From NCBI GenBank assembly GCA_028286825.1, contig JAQBQV010000002.1, positions 66,157-130,156 of the forward strand: a stretch of DNA of 64,000 bases, read 5' to 3'. The notes below the pieces were generated by a model, which worked only from the letters and a program-made list of their open reading frames with translations, was not told the origin of the DNA and did no database searches. Of the stretch, positions 44,171 to 52,291 are shown one piece after another. The stretch comes from Parcubacteria group bacterium. GTDB lineage: Bacteria; Patescibacteriota; Minisyncoccia; Phycocordibacterales; Phycocordibacteraceae. The position numbers and the translations under genes are program-made. Each line of letters opens with the position of its first letter. The first letter of the stretch is position 1.

Positions 44171-44243
44171 GCGCGGTTAGCTCAGTTGGTAGAGCATCTC
44201 ATTGACGTTGAGAGGGTCGTAGGTTCGAATCCTGCACCGCGCA
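44171..44243 (+). tRNA. tRNA-Val (anticodon GAC)
   Basis: 73 nt. Acceptor GCGCGGT/ACCGCGC, anticodon stem TCTCA/TGAGA, loop TTGACGT, T arm GTAGG-TTCGAAT-CCTGC. Confidence 0.9.
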
Positions 44244-44284
44244 CATCGAATGTGCCAAATTGGCACGAAATCACCCCGTAAAAA

Positions 44285-44309
44285 AGCCCAGTATTTGCTG
44301 GGCTTTTTT
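44285..44309 (+). terminator. rho-independent terminator
   Basis: AGCCCAG-tatttg-CTGGGCT followed by TTTTTT. Confidence 0.8.
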
Positions 44310-44344
44310 ACTTCATTCTCGCGTTTCTAAATCTGTCCTGTCAG

Positions 44345-44375
44345 AACCAGTACAGGATTCGAACCTGTGCGAGGC
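44345..44375 (-). pseudogene. orphan tRNA 3' fragment (T arm + acceptor 3' strand)
   Basis: Minus strand reads ACAGG-TTCGAAT-CCTGT-ACTGGTT-C. No complementary AACCAGT 5' acceptor, D arm or anticodon arm upstream. Confidence 0.5.
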
Positions 44376-44690
44376 AATTGCTTGGTATTTTCTGCGCCCA
44401 AACGTATCAGCTGACACAATTCATCGCTTTGCGCGTCTATGTGTGATATGGCACGGACATTCCGCCATATGAGGATCAGTGTGAAATACATCGGTTGAAC
44501 CCGACCGTGTTACGACTTTCCTAGAAAGAAGCGAGTGCGATGGGCAATAGCAAACCTTCCGACAACGCGAAGTCGGACATACCATAAGCTGGCAAGAAGA
44601 AGTAGATGAGCAGCACAGATATGAGCGCCCGTGGGAAATCCTGAGCGCAGCGAACGTTCAGAAGTTTACTAGCCGCTAATCTTTCCATGC

Positions 44691-45023
44691 ATGCCAATCA
44701 ATTCCTGGAGCGGTTCGGAACGAGCCCTCGTACGGGAGGCGAGCGTACGACTCTCTGCACGAGAACAACTAAGGGAAGCAGTATTAGCTCACGTGATCCA
44801 GGCGGCAAAAGCGTTCATGCAATCGCGAGGTATCTCCGAAGCGCGTGAATCAGAGTTGATCGAGGTTGGAATGGAACCCTTCGATCGAGTCTTCAATATC
44901 TACCTAAAGAATGCCCACGCGCAGAACGAAGAGGAGGGTCACTTTTTCTCCTATTACACCTGGTGGATGCGAAAGGCGATAGCTGAGTATTTATTTGAGG
45001 ATCAACATAGTCGCCAAACTTAG
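44691..45023 (+). CDS. sigma-70 region-2-only protein (110 aa)
   Basis: LAHVIQAAKAF..ELIEVGMEPFDRVF..FFSYYTWWMRKAIAEYL parallels sigma-70 regions 2.1-2.3 (DLIQEG...FSTYATWWIRQAI). No region 3 or 4 in any downstream frame. No SD. Confidence 0.5.
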   Translation: MPINSWSGSERALVREASVRLSAREQLREAVLAHVIQAAKAFMQSRGISEARESELIEVGMEPFDRVFNIYLKNAHAQNEEEGHFFSYYTWWMRKAIAEYLFEDQHSRQT

Positions 45024-45186
45024 AGACTTCCAGGGACGTGCTAGCGAACATCATGCCGCCATCGGGAGATCGTCCTTCTCCTGATGCTGCTTCTCCAAGA
45101 GTCGAATAATCGCCAGCGTTTGAATCAAATCAGGGTCGCGCGCGTTATATAAAGTTCTAATTCTGTCCAGAGCAGTGCACAATAGT

Positions 45187-45216
45187 AAACGTCCGGACGT
45201 GAGCGTCCGGACGTTT
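45187..45216. terminator. 13-bp perfect hairpin between convergent genes
   Basis: AAACGTCCGGACG-tgag-CGTCCGGACGTTT. Confidence 0.75.
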
Positions 45217-45232
45217 GCATTGCGTGCTACAA

Positions 45233-45667
45233 CTATTGAATCAAAGGAGGTGAAGCAATAACGTTATAAATTGATGCGCCGTCTTCATCCATTGCCACTG
45301 CATGCACCGTCCCAAATGGAACTTCGGTTTGTAACTCGGTCAGATCATAGCCTTTCGTGTCGAGGACACCGCACATATCGTCGCGAGACAGATACCCACG
45401 AATGATTACGTTACCTGGCTCAGCTTCCTGAATGCGACGCAGATCGTCGGGTTGTAAACCTTCCTCAATTAGGTCGTCCCACCCCGTGCCATATTTGACG
45501 CAATACAGCGCAATCTCTTCGTAAGCAAAGCCGTCATTATGCTTTGCCTTGTAAGCAAGGTGCGATAACAGCCTCCCGTTCTCATCCATCAACCGACGTC
45601 TTGATTCGATCGAACGGTCGATCTGAGCGTTTAAATCCGCGTCCTCGGCCCATTCCTTTCGTCCCAT
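45233..45667 (-). CDS. hypothetical protein (144 aa)
   Basis: Strong SD AAAGGAGG 5 nt upstream of the ATG; ends at the 45187-45216 hairpin. No family recognised. Confidence 0.6.
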   Translation of the reverse strand: MGRKEWAEDADLNAQIDRSIESRRRLMDENGRLLSHLAYKAKHNDGFAYEEIALYCVKYGTGWDDLIEEGLQPDDLRRIQEAEPGNVIIRGYLSRDDMCGVLDTKGYDLTELQTEVPFGTVHAVAMDEDGASIYNVIASPPLIQ

Positions 45668-45763
45668 GCCATCCTCCTTTAGTATTGTGTGCCCAAAAGA
45701 GCAAATGATCAGTTCCTGATGCCGAAATCACTTTGACATATGGGGATGTAAAAGGGAAGGAGT

Positions 45764-45810
45764 ATAAAAACAAAAGGCCCGCGATCTATCTAACTGTAGA
45801 TCTGCGAGCC
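45764..45810 (-). terminator. rho-independent terminator after the GGDEF gene
   Basis: Imperfect stem GGCTCGCAGATCTA/TAGATCGCGGGCC on minus, followed by TTTTGTTTTTAT. Confidence 0.6.
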
Positions 45811-45850
45811 TAGCTTCTGTGGATGAGTAACATAGGTTAACGTTCCTCGA

Positions 45851-46606
45851 TTAGTAGTTGCAAATGACGACGGTATTTCTTCCGGCACCTTTTGCTTCGT
45901 ACAGTTTAGCGTCGGCCGCCTTGATCAAATCTTCGGCCGGGACGTAGGTTCGCGTTATGACGCCCCCAACGCTCACAGTAAGTCTGAAGCCGGGAATTTT
46001 CCTAAATCGATGTCTGCGAACACTGTTACGGATCTTCTGCGCTGCTTCGTGTGGGTTGGGGAAGTTTTTCACAGCAGCTACAAACTCGTCACCATATTGC
46101 CTCCCGACTATTGAGAGATCATCTTGTCGCCGTCCACCCTCGCCGGTATGAAATAAGGGGTTCTTATGGCCTAGCGATCCACGATAAAACTTGGTCTGGA
46201 GCTGTTGAATTACTGCTCCCAACTCAGATAACAGGCGATCGCCTTCGTCGTGTCCATGACCGTCGTTAACCTGCTTGAACTTGTCAATGTCGAAGTAGAA
46301 GAGGACAAGTTCATCTCCGGGGCGGAGACCGGTCAACATTCCCTGCAATTTTTCCAAAAATTGTTTTTTGTTTGGAAGACCAGTCAGGCTGTCATACCCG
46401 AATTGCTCCACCTGTTTCTTGAGCGCTGCATTTTCCTCAACTAACTCATCGCGATTCTTGCGAATTGCCTCGATTTGTAGGTTAGCTGCTGCTAACCGTG
46501 TTTCGAGTAGCTTTTCGACAGGAGACAGGTTCTTTCCCGCCAGTGATTCCGGCTCGATCCGATGCATATAGCGACGGTCCGCAGACAGTTCTCGATTTGC
46601 CATCAT
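45851..46606 (-). CDS. GGDEF-domain protein with N-terminal coiled coil (motif YGDEF)
   Basis: DSLTGLPN, DIDKFKQVNDGHGHDEGD, GRQYGDEF, C-terminal YEAKGAGRNTV. SD GGTGAGGTG upstream. Confidence 0.82.
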   Translation of the reverse strand: MMANRELSADRRYMHRIEPESLAGKNLSPVEKLLETRLAAANLQIEAIRKNRDELVEENAALKKQVEQFGYDSLTGLPNKKQFLEKLQGMLTGLRPGDELVLFYFDIDKFKQVNDGHGHDEGDRLLSELGAVIQQLQTKFYRGSLGHKNPLFHTGEGGRRQDDLSIVGRQYGDEFVAAVKNFPNPHEAAQKIRNSVRRHRFRKIPGFRLTVSVGGVITRTYVPAEDLIKAADAKLYEAKGAGRNTVVICNY

Positions 46607-46749
46607 TTCACCTCACCTTTCCAATGTTAAAGGGCCACTATCTAAATACTTACACATCTTAACTTCACCAGCAAGCTCAGACGGCGACTAATGGCTCTTG
46701 CACTAGGTCAGCTAGTCTGAGACTTGAGCGTCAAAAGCTGTAACGAATG

Positions 46750-47280
46750 CTACTGAGCAAGTTTTGAGTTAATAAGGTCCCTTGTGTATTGTCCCACAAA
46801 ACCGGTAGGCGCGTTATAGCCGGCTTTCTGATAGGTTAGAGTAGAATATTTGCTTTGCAATTGTTTCGTAGCAGCAAGAGTCAAGGGACCGAAAAATCCA
46901 GTTAAGGGCAGGCTTGTGCCTAATTCTTTATTCAAGAAACGCTGCAGAATCTGAACTTGATCAGCCGGATTATAGTCGCCAGGCCACATATTAACCGTTA
47001 GGGTAGTAGATGGAATGTTTGTGGTACCCGTGCCTGACGTGGATGAGCCGCCTTGACCCAAAATCGCGCAGGCAGAAGGAGCCGGACTAAAGCCGCACGA
47101 TTGCCAGAACTCTCCATTACAGATCAGGAAAAATCCATCTACTCCTTTTACAGGGTTGGCCGGCAGAGTGCAGGCCGCACTGTCTACTACGGGCGTTATG
47201 GCTAGGGCAGGGGTAGCCGCGACGAAAAGTGGGGTAACGAGTGTCGTAGCCGCGGCGAATGTAATGTAGAGTTTTTTCAT
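46750..47280 (-). CDS. secreted protein with Cys-rich N-terminal motif and PG_binding_1-like domain (176 aa)
   Basis: Signal peptide ...PLFVAATPALA. C-terminal GDYNPADQVQILQRFLN..LPLTGFFGPLTLAATKQLQ resembles a peptidoglycan-binding domain. Paralog of part of the next gene. Confidence 0.7.
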   Translation of the reverse strand: MKKLYITFAAATTLVTPLFVAATPALAITPVVDSAACTLPANPVKGVDGFFLICNGEFWQSCGFSPAPSACAILGQGGSSTSGTGTTNIPSTTLTVNMWPGDYNPADQVQILQRFLNKELGTSLPLTGFFGPLTLAATKQLQSKYSTLTYQKAGYNAPTGFVGQYTRDLINSKLAQ

Positions 47281-47283
47281 AGG

Positions 47284-49695
47284 TTAATAGCGATTAGGGG
47301 TAGCGAAATCAAAGAGTACGTCGCAGATGTACGGAACACACTTACTGGTTTTAGGACTGCAGTATCCAGAGGCACAGACGCTTGTCCCTGGCGCCTCAGA
47401 ACCTACACAGGCTTGTCCATTTTCAATCGACCCCAGATTTGTAATCGGAGTACGACAGGTGGGATGGCCGCTGATTTGATTGCGAACGTTAACGTACAGC
47501 GTATCTCCGGCGTTAATATTTAGGTTTGCTTGGTGAGCTTGAACACTATTGGGATTATTAACCGTAAAGTTGAACCCTGGCTCAATACCAGCTGATGCAC
47601 CAAGCGAGCTAGTGATGTAGTTGCCAGTCTGGAAGTCACACGCATTTTTTGAGATCGTTACTTCTTCACCAGCAACAGGACCCTCCACTTCCGCAATGTG
47701 GATGAAGCCTAGGTGGTTGATGTTGAGTGGAGGGGTGAAGGTTGAGGGTACGGTGATTTTGAATGCGAGAGTCTGGTCTAAGAAACCACTTGTAGTGGGT
47801 CTCACTTGTCCGGAAGCAGGCCAGGGGACCGAGATGATCTGGTCGCTACCCGTACAAAAGTTCTGCGAAGTGGAAACAGTTGGGGTGGTTCCAGTGGTGT
47901 TTGCAGTTAGTCCCAACTTTGAATTAATTAACTCGCGCGTATATGGGCCGACGAATCCAGTTGGGGCCGATAACCCCGCTTTAAGATATGTTTGCGAAGC
48001 GTACTTTGTTTGTAATGTTTTCACTGACGTCAGTGTTTGATCTCCAAAGAATCCCGTAATAGGCAGATTGATCTGCAGCTCTCGATTGAGAAATGTCTGT
48101 AACGTTGTTACTTGGTCGGCGGGATTGTAGTCGCCGGGAGCGAGATTTGATGTCAGCGCGCTAAGAGCGTTAGATGCGTTGTTTATGATCGTGTTGATTG
48201 CGCCTGAGCTAACTGTCTGTTGTGATACCAGATAGGCGAGATATTTTGCTGCTAAATCAGCATTACTCGTCCCAGTGAATGTCTGCCCGCCTATGGTTGC
48301 GCTCGTACCGGCATTGCCTTGCTGAATTGTGAGACCACTTGATACGCCCGCATTTTGTGCAAGTGATTGAATAATGCCTATAGCTGCCTCGTTAGTAAGT
48401 CGGATTGTTTGACCTCCGAAGGTAAAGCTTAAGCCTGTTGATGTGGTACCGCCGCTCGCTATAGGAACTGTTCCTATGGGTGTTCCTCCTAAGGTGTTTC
48501 CGCCAGTAAAGCCGACCGCTGCTTTTTGTCGAGCGATTTCAGCAAGAAGAGAATCAAGGTAACACTTTGAGGAGAGAATATTGTCACCCGTAGTTGTGTG
48601 CTGTCCTTGGTCAATAGCGCCAATGGTAGCGTGTCCAGCATTATCGACACCATAACGGATGGAGCATGTGCCGACGGGGTGAGCTCTGTTATAGGCTTCT
48701 GAAAATATCGGCCATCCTGGTGCTTTCGAGTCCTCAGGCCATTGGCTACCGTTTGGTTGAACGTCAGGAGCGTAGGTTCCCGCCTGGGGAATTGCAAAAT
48801 CAAAGAGAATGTCGCAGCCACCACCGTCACAGGTTCTCATGTTGGTGATACTTTGATAGCTAGGCTGGATTGGGATTGTGCCGTACCCAGTTGTATCGTG
48901 AGTAACGTTTACATAAAGCACCTCTCCAGGGTGGAACATGAGAGGGAAATTTGAGGCTTGCGTACCATAGCCAGGTCGATCCCAAAGGCCGAAATTCAAG
49001 CTAGGGGCGGTCCCTCCCTCGCCGGCTGCGGTGATAGCTGAGTGATACAGATCACACGGTATTTTTGAAATATTTGTAATATGCATCGTCGTTTGAGATC
49101 CTGGCGTCTCAGCGATATGAATAAATCCACTTTTTTCTCCTCTGAGAAAGGTTTCACCGCTGCTAACGAGAGCGTCTTTTGGAAGCTGATACTTCGCCGC
49201 GGGGATCGTGCTGCTGAGAGGCGGCACTACGATTCGGAAAGATATCGTCGAGTTATTGAAACCATTTGTGAGAGGTCGAACCTGAGATCGATACCCAAAG
49301 CCCGGCCAAGGCATATCGACAATAGCGTCTTTCCCAGGCCGACAGTAGCCCGTAACCGGATTAGGAGTTGCTGGAGCTTGAGCGACAACGGTAACTACAC
49401 TCCCAGGTACCACCGGTGTTGCCACTCCTGGGCAGCCTGGCGTTAAGCCGAAACTGCATGACTCATACCAATGCATCATTACGCCTTGATAGAGGACACC
49501 TTGATTGCATACAAGTGTGGTTGTTCCTCCATTCCCATCACTAACAGTGACAACCTGACCGGCAGTTGTGCAAGGACTACCGTCTGCTGCTGTGGTTGCC
49601 GAGGCGTATTGAGGTGTAAGTGATAGTATCGAAAAAAATACTGAGAAAGTAATTAGTGTGAGAGATTTATGAAGCATATAGCTCAATCGTAGCAT
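47284..49695 (-). CDS. large secreted protein (803 aa) with duplicated unrecognised domain and central PG_binding_1-like module
   Basis: Signal peptide ...SLTPQYASA. Residues ~117-303 and ~613-800 are homologous, both ending CD[IV]LFDFA[IT]P. PG-binding-like residues 519-595. The start could be Met7 (49677). Confidence 0.7.
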   Translation of the reverse strand: MLRLSYMLHKSLTLITFSVFFSILSLTPQYASATTAADGSPCTTAGQVVTVSDGNGGTTTLVCNQGVLYQGVMMHWYESCSFGLTPGCPGVATPVVPGSVVTVVAQAPATPNPVTGYCRPGKDAIVDMPWPGFGYRSQVRPLTNGFNNSTISFRIVVPPLSSTIPAAKYQLPKDALVSSGETFLRGEKSGFIHIAETPGSQTTMHITNISKIPCDLYHSAITAAGEGGTAPSLNFGLWDRPGYGTQASNFPLMFHPGEVLYVNVTHDTTGYGTIPIQPSYQSITNMRTCDGGGCDILFDFAIPQAGTYAPDVQPNGSQWPEDSKAPGWPIFSEAYNRAHPVGTCSIRYGVDNAGHATIGAIDQGQHTTTGDNILSSKCYLDSLLAEIARQKAAVGFTGGNTLGGTPIGTVPIASGGTTSTGLSFTFGGQTIRLTNEAAIGIIQSLAQNAGVSSGLTIQQGNAGTSATIGGQTFTGTSNADLAAKYLAYLVSQQTVSSGAINTIINNASNALSALTSNLAPGDYNPADQVTTLQTFLNRELQINLPITGFFGDQTLTSVKTLQTKYASQTYLKAGLSAPTGFVGPYTRELINSKLGLTANTTGTTPTVSTSQNFCTGSDQIISVPWPASGQVRPTTSGFLDQTLAFKITVPSTFTPPLNINHLGFIHIAEVEGPVAGEEVTISKNACDFQTGNYITSSLGASAGIEPGFNFTVNNPNSVQAHQANLNINAGDTLYVNVRNQISGHPTCRTPITNLGSIENGQACVGSEAPGTSVCASGYCSPKTSKCVPYICDVLFDFATPNRY

Positions 49696-49747
49696 GCGTA
49701 AGGTCAGCGGAACTTCATTTGTGCATAAGGTATACTTTCCCTACGCA

Positions 49748-50383
49748 ATGTCGATCGACTTTATTACACAACTCATCCTCCAGTACCGCTACTGGATCAT
49801 TATTCCACTCTCCCTTCTTGAGGGGCCGGTCGTCGCTTTTGTGGGTGGTACGCTTGCTGCGGCCGGGTACTTCAACGTGTTCTTGTTGGCGTTTATTTTC
49901 TTTTTGCGTGACATAGGTCTTGACGGAGTGTATTACGCGATAGGGTACTACGGCGGTCATACGCGGTTTGCGCGGCACATGCTTGCTAAAATCGGCGTTA
50001 CAGAGGATCACCTGGAGAAAGTCCGCGCGCTGTGGGACAAGAAGCCTGGTATGACAATGCTTATCGGCAAGCTCTCGTACGGGATTGCCTCGGCATTTAT
50101 TGTCGTTGCGGGTACGGTGCGAATGCCGCTCTCGAAATTCTTTGGTTACGGCTCAATTGTCGCGGTATTGCAGTACGGAACGCTCGTCTTTCTCGGGTAC
50201 TTTCTCGGGGCGAGCCTTGGTGGCGGTATTGCCCAGATTATCAACAAAGTGCAGTACGTGATCGCTATTGCCGCGATCGCAATAGCAGGGTACTACTTCC
50301 TCAGTTGGAAAATGCGCAAGAAGTTTCTTGCCGAAGACGAGCAAATAGAGAAGGAGTCTCTTGGTGATACGTCACAGATATGA
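49748..50383 (+). CDS. DedA family membrane protein
   Basis: YRYWIIIPLSLLEGPVVAFVGGTLAAAG (DedA signature). TATACT at 49731-49736 lies 11 nt upstream of the ATG. ORF track start 49694. Confidence 0.8.
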   Translation: MSIDFITQLILQYRYWIIIPLSLLEGPVVAFVGGTLAAAGYFNVFLLAFIFFLRDIGLDGVYYAIGYYGGHTRFARHMLAKIGVTEDHLEKVRALWDKKPGMTMLIGKLSYGIASAFIVVAGTVRMPLSKFFGYGSIVAVLQYGTLVFLGYFLGASLGGGIAQIINKVQYVIAIAAIAIAGYYFLSWKMRKKFLAEDEQIEKESLGDTSQI

Positions 50384-51384
50384 AAATCTTGTTCGTGACC
50401 GATGCCTGGGCGCCGCAGGTTAACGGTGTCGTACGTGTTCTAGAGGCGCTTATTCCGATTTTAGAGTCACGCGGGCACGAAGTGAGGGTGATTGAGCCGT
50501 CGCAATTCCGCACAGTCCCACTTCCGTTGTACCCTGAGATCCGGCTCGCGGTGTTTCCACGCAAACGCGTCAGACAGATCATTTCAGAATTTGAACCGGA
50601 TGCGATCTGTCTCATTACTGAATGGTCGTTGGGTTGGGCCGCGCGATCGGTCTGCCGTGAGCTTGAACTGCCGTTTACGACGTGGTATCACAGCCACTTC
50701 CAGCTCTATGTTGATCTCCGTCTCCACGGTCTGTTGCTGCCTATTTTCGTGCTTATTCGGCAGTTCCATAAGGCAGCTGCGCAAACCATAGTTTCGACAG
50801 AGAGCTTAAAAAAGGAACTCGCGTTGAGTGGGTTTAGAAATCTGGCAGTCGTGCCGCTTGGAATAAATACAGAGCTTTTCAAACGCAGCCTGTCTCCGAC
50901 ACTCCCCGCACTCCCAAAGCCCGTCTTTGTATACTTTAGCCGCCTGGCGCCTGAGAAAAGTCCAGAAGAATTTATGAAATTAAAATTGCCAGGCACGAAG
51001 CTCGTTATTGGAGATGGTCCGTATCGAAAGCGTTTAGAAAAAGTGTATGGCAAAACGCATCTGTTTGTTGGATATAAGAAGGGGCAAGCGCTTGTCGATT
51101 GGCTCTCCTTAGCGGACGTGTTCGTCTTCCCGTCGCGGACCGAGACCTTCGGTCTGGTAGTACTCGAAGCGCTCGCGGTTGGGATTCCGGTAGCTGCTCA
51201 CAACGTTATGGGTCCACGCGATATTATTGAGCACGGTAAGCACGGTTATTTAAGCGACGACCTTGCTGAGGCAGCTCTTAAGGCACTCGAACTCTCGCGA
51301 GACGCCTGCCGCGCGCTCGCCGTCGAATATACCTGGGAGCACTGCGCCGATGCATTTATAAAAAATGTAGTTCGGGCGCGCTAA
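50380..51384 (+). CDS. glycosyltransferase family 4 (GT-B)
   Basis: MKILFVTDAWAPQVNGV; C-terminal VFVFPSRTETFGLVVLEALAVGIPVAA (EX7E). ATGA overlap with dedA. Confidence 0.85.
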   Translation: MKILFVTDAWAPQVNGVVRVLEALIPILESRGHEVRVIEPSQFRTVPLPLYPEIRLAVFPRKRVRQIISEFEPDAICLITEWSLGWAARSVCRELELPFTTWYHSHFQLYVDLRLHGLLLPIFVLIRQFHKAAAQTIVSTESLKKELALSGFRNLAVVPLGINTELFKRSLSPTLPALPKPVFVYFSRLAPEKSPEEFMKLKLPGTKLVIGDGPYRKRLEKVYGKTHLFVGYKKGQALVDWLSLADVFVFPSRTETFGLVVLEALAVGIPVAAHNVMGPRDIIEHGKHGYLSDDLAEAALKALELSRDACRALAVEYTWEHCADAFIKNVVRAR

Positions 51385-51405
51385 TGCGATGTATTAAAAA
51401 CAAAA

Positions 51406-51429
51406 GTCCGTCGCGCAAGCGCGACGGAC
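51406..51429 (-). terminator. hairpin terminator (U-run on minus strand)
   Basis: GTCCGTCGCGC/GCGCGACGGAC stem. Minus-strand side followed by TTTTGTTTTT. Confidence 0.65.
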
Positions 51430-51449
51430 CGAAGAACATCAGGCTGTCT

Positions 51450-52211
51450 TTACCGTCGGATAGGTCCAGGGCCAAACATCAAGGTTGCTTGTGCCATGCC
51501 GAGCAGACAGAGGGCTGTCATTCCAACTAGGATTGCAGCCCATACGCCTCCCGCATACATCGCGAATCCGGTGAGCACTGCCCACAGGCCAACAAGCATC
51601 AACGGTAGTGTCGGGCTGGCAATCAAGTCAGGGCACCAGCTCCATCGCTTCCATCGATTAACGATACCGAGAAACACGTGCGTCCCGGCCATCATGTGGA
51701 CGCCGACGACAATACTGCCCAGAGCGACGTCGTGCGGGTCAGTTCCCGGAGTGAAATACATGAGTGCGATGAACATCACTGCAATCCACATATACAAGAA
51801 GTGGAAGAAAATGGTCAGAGACCATCTCTCGCCCTTCCATCCGAACGGGTCAGGGACTGTTTGCGTAAAGATTAAGAGTAGATGATTGGCGAATGTCACG
51901 GTAAACCCGATCTTAATCGCAAAACCGACCATCTCACTACTCCATTCACTCCCATACTTCGCGGTGAGATACCAGAAAAGCGCGGGCAGAACAAATAAAT
52001 CTCCATAGAAACCACCGTGAATGCCGACCGCGATTCCTGGTCGCGCCCATTTTTCCTGTACCTGGCGCGGCCAAAAATTCTGATCGACCAGGTATGATGA
52101 CGTCCCGTAGGCAATTGCCCACAGCACTGCAAACAGTATCAGCTTAAAGCAGAAATCCGTTATGCTCACAATTTCCTCCCAATTGAGCCGCGGACGCGGC
52201 GATTGAAACAA
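51450..52211 (-). CDS. hypothetical polytopic membrane protein
   Basis: About 8 TM helices. The ORF track TTG start (52211) sits inside hairpin 52209-52227. An alternative GTG at 52169 is preceded by GGGAGGAA. Confidence 0.55.
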   Translation of the reverse strand: MFQSPRPRLNWEEIVSITDFCFKLILFAVLWAIAYGTSSYLVDQNFWPRQVQEKWARPGIAVGIHGGFYGDLFVLPALFWYLTAKYGSEWSSEMVGFAIKIGFTVTFANHLLLIFTQTVPDPFGWKGERWSLTIFFHFLYMWIAVMFIALMYFTPGTDPHDVALGSIVVGVHMMAGTHVFLGIVNRWKRWSWCPDLIASPTLPLMLVGLWAVLTGFAMYAGGVWAAILVGMTALCLLGMAQATLMFGPGPIRR

Positions 52212-52291
52212 CAGGCACCCTGTTGTTAGGATATCACGTTATATAGTAAAAGTCAAGTGCAACAACCTATCACCCAGGCGATGGTTTAGAC

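Noticed and set aside
44521-44688. 55-aa minus-strand ORF divergent from the sigma-like ORF
   Set aside because: It has no SD or -10 box in register, and its start sits in the palindrome CCATGCATGCC shared with the plus ORF. The evidence is insufficient.
44312-49695. Calling the accessory block a prophage, ICE or transposon
   Set aside because: No integrase, recombinase, transposase, terminal inverted repeats or phage structural genes are visible. Only tRNA-fragment scars are present, so the mobile_element label is not justified.
52209-52227. Hairpin CAACAGG-cac-CCTGTTG as a terminator between the GT2 gene and the membrane-protein gene
   Set aside because: The stem is short and the U-run weak, and it overlaps the TTG start proposed by the ORF track. 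I noted it only as a reason to doubt that start codon.
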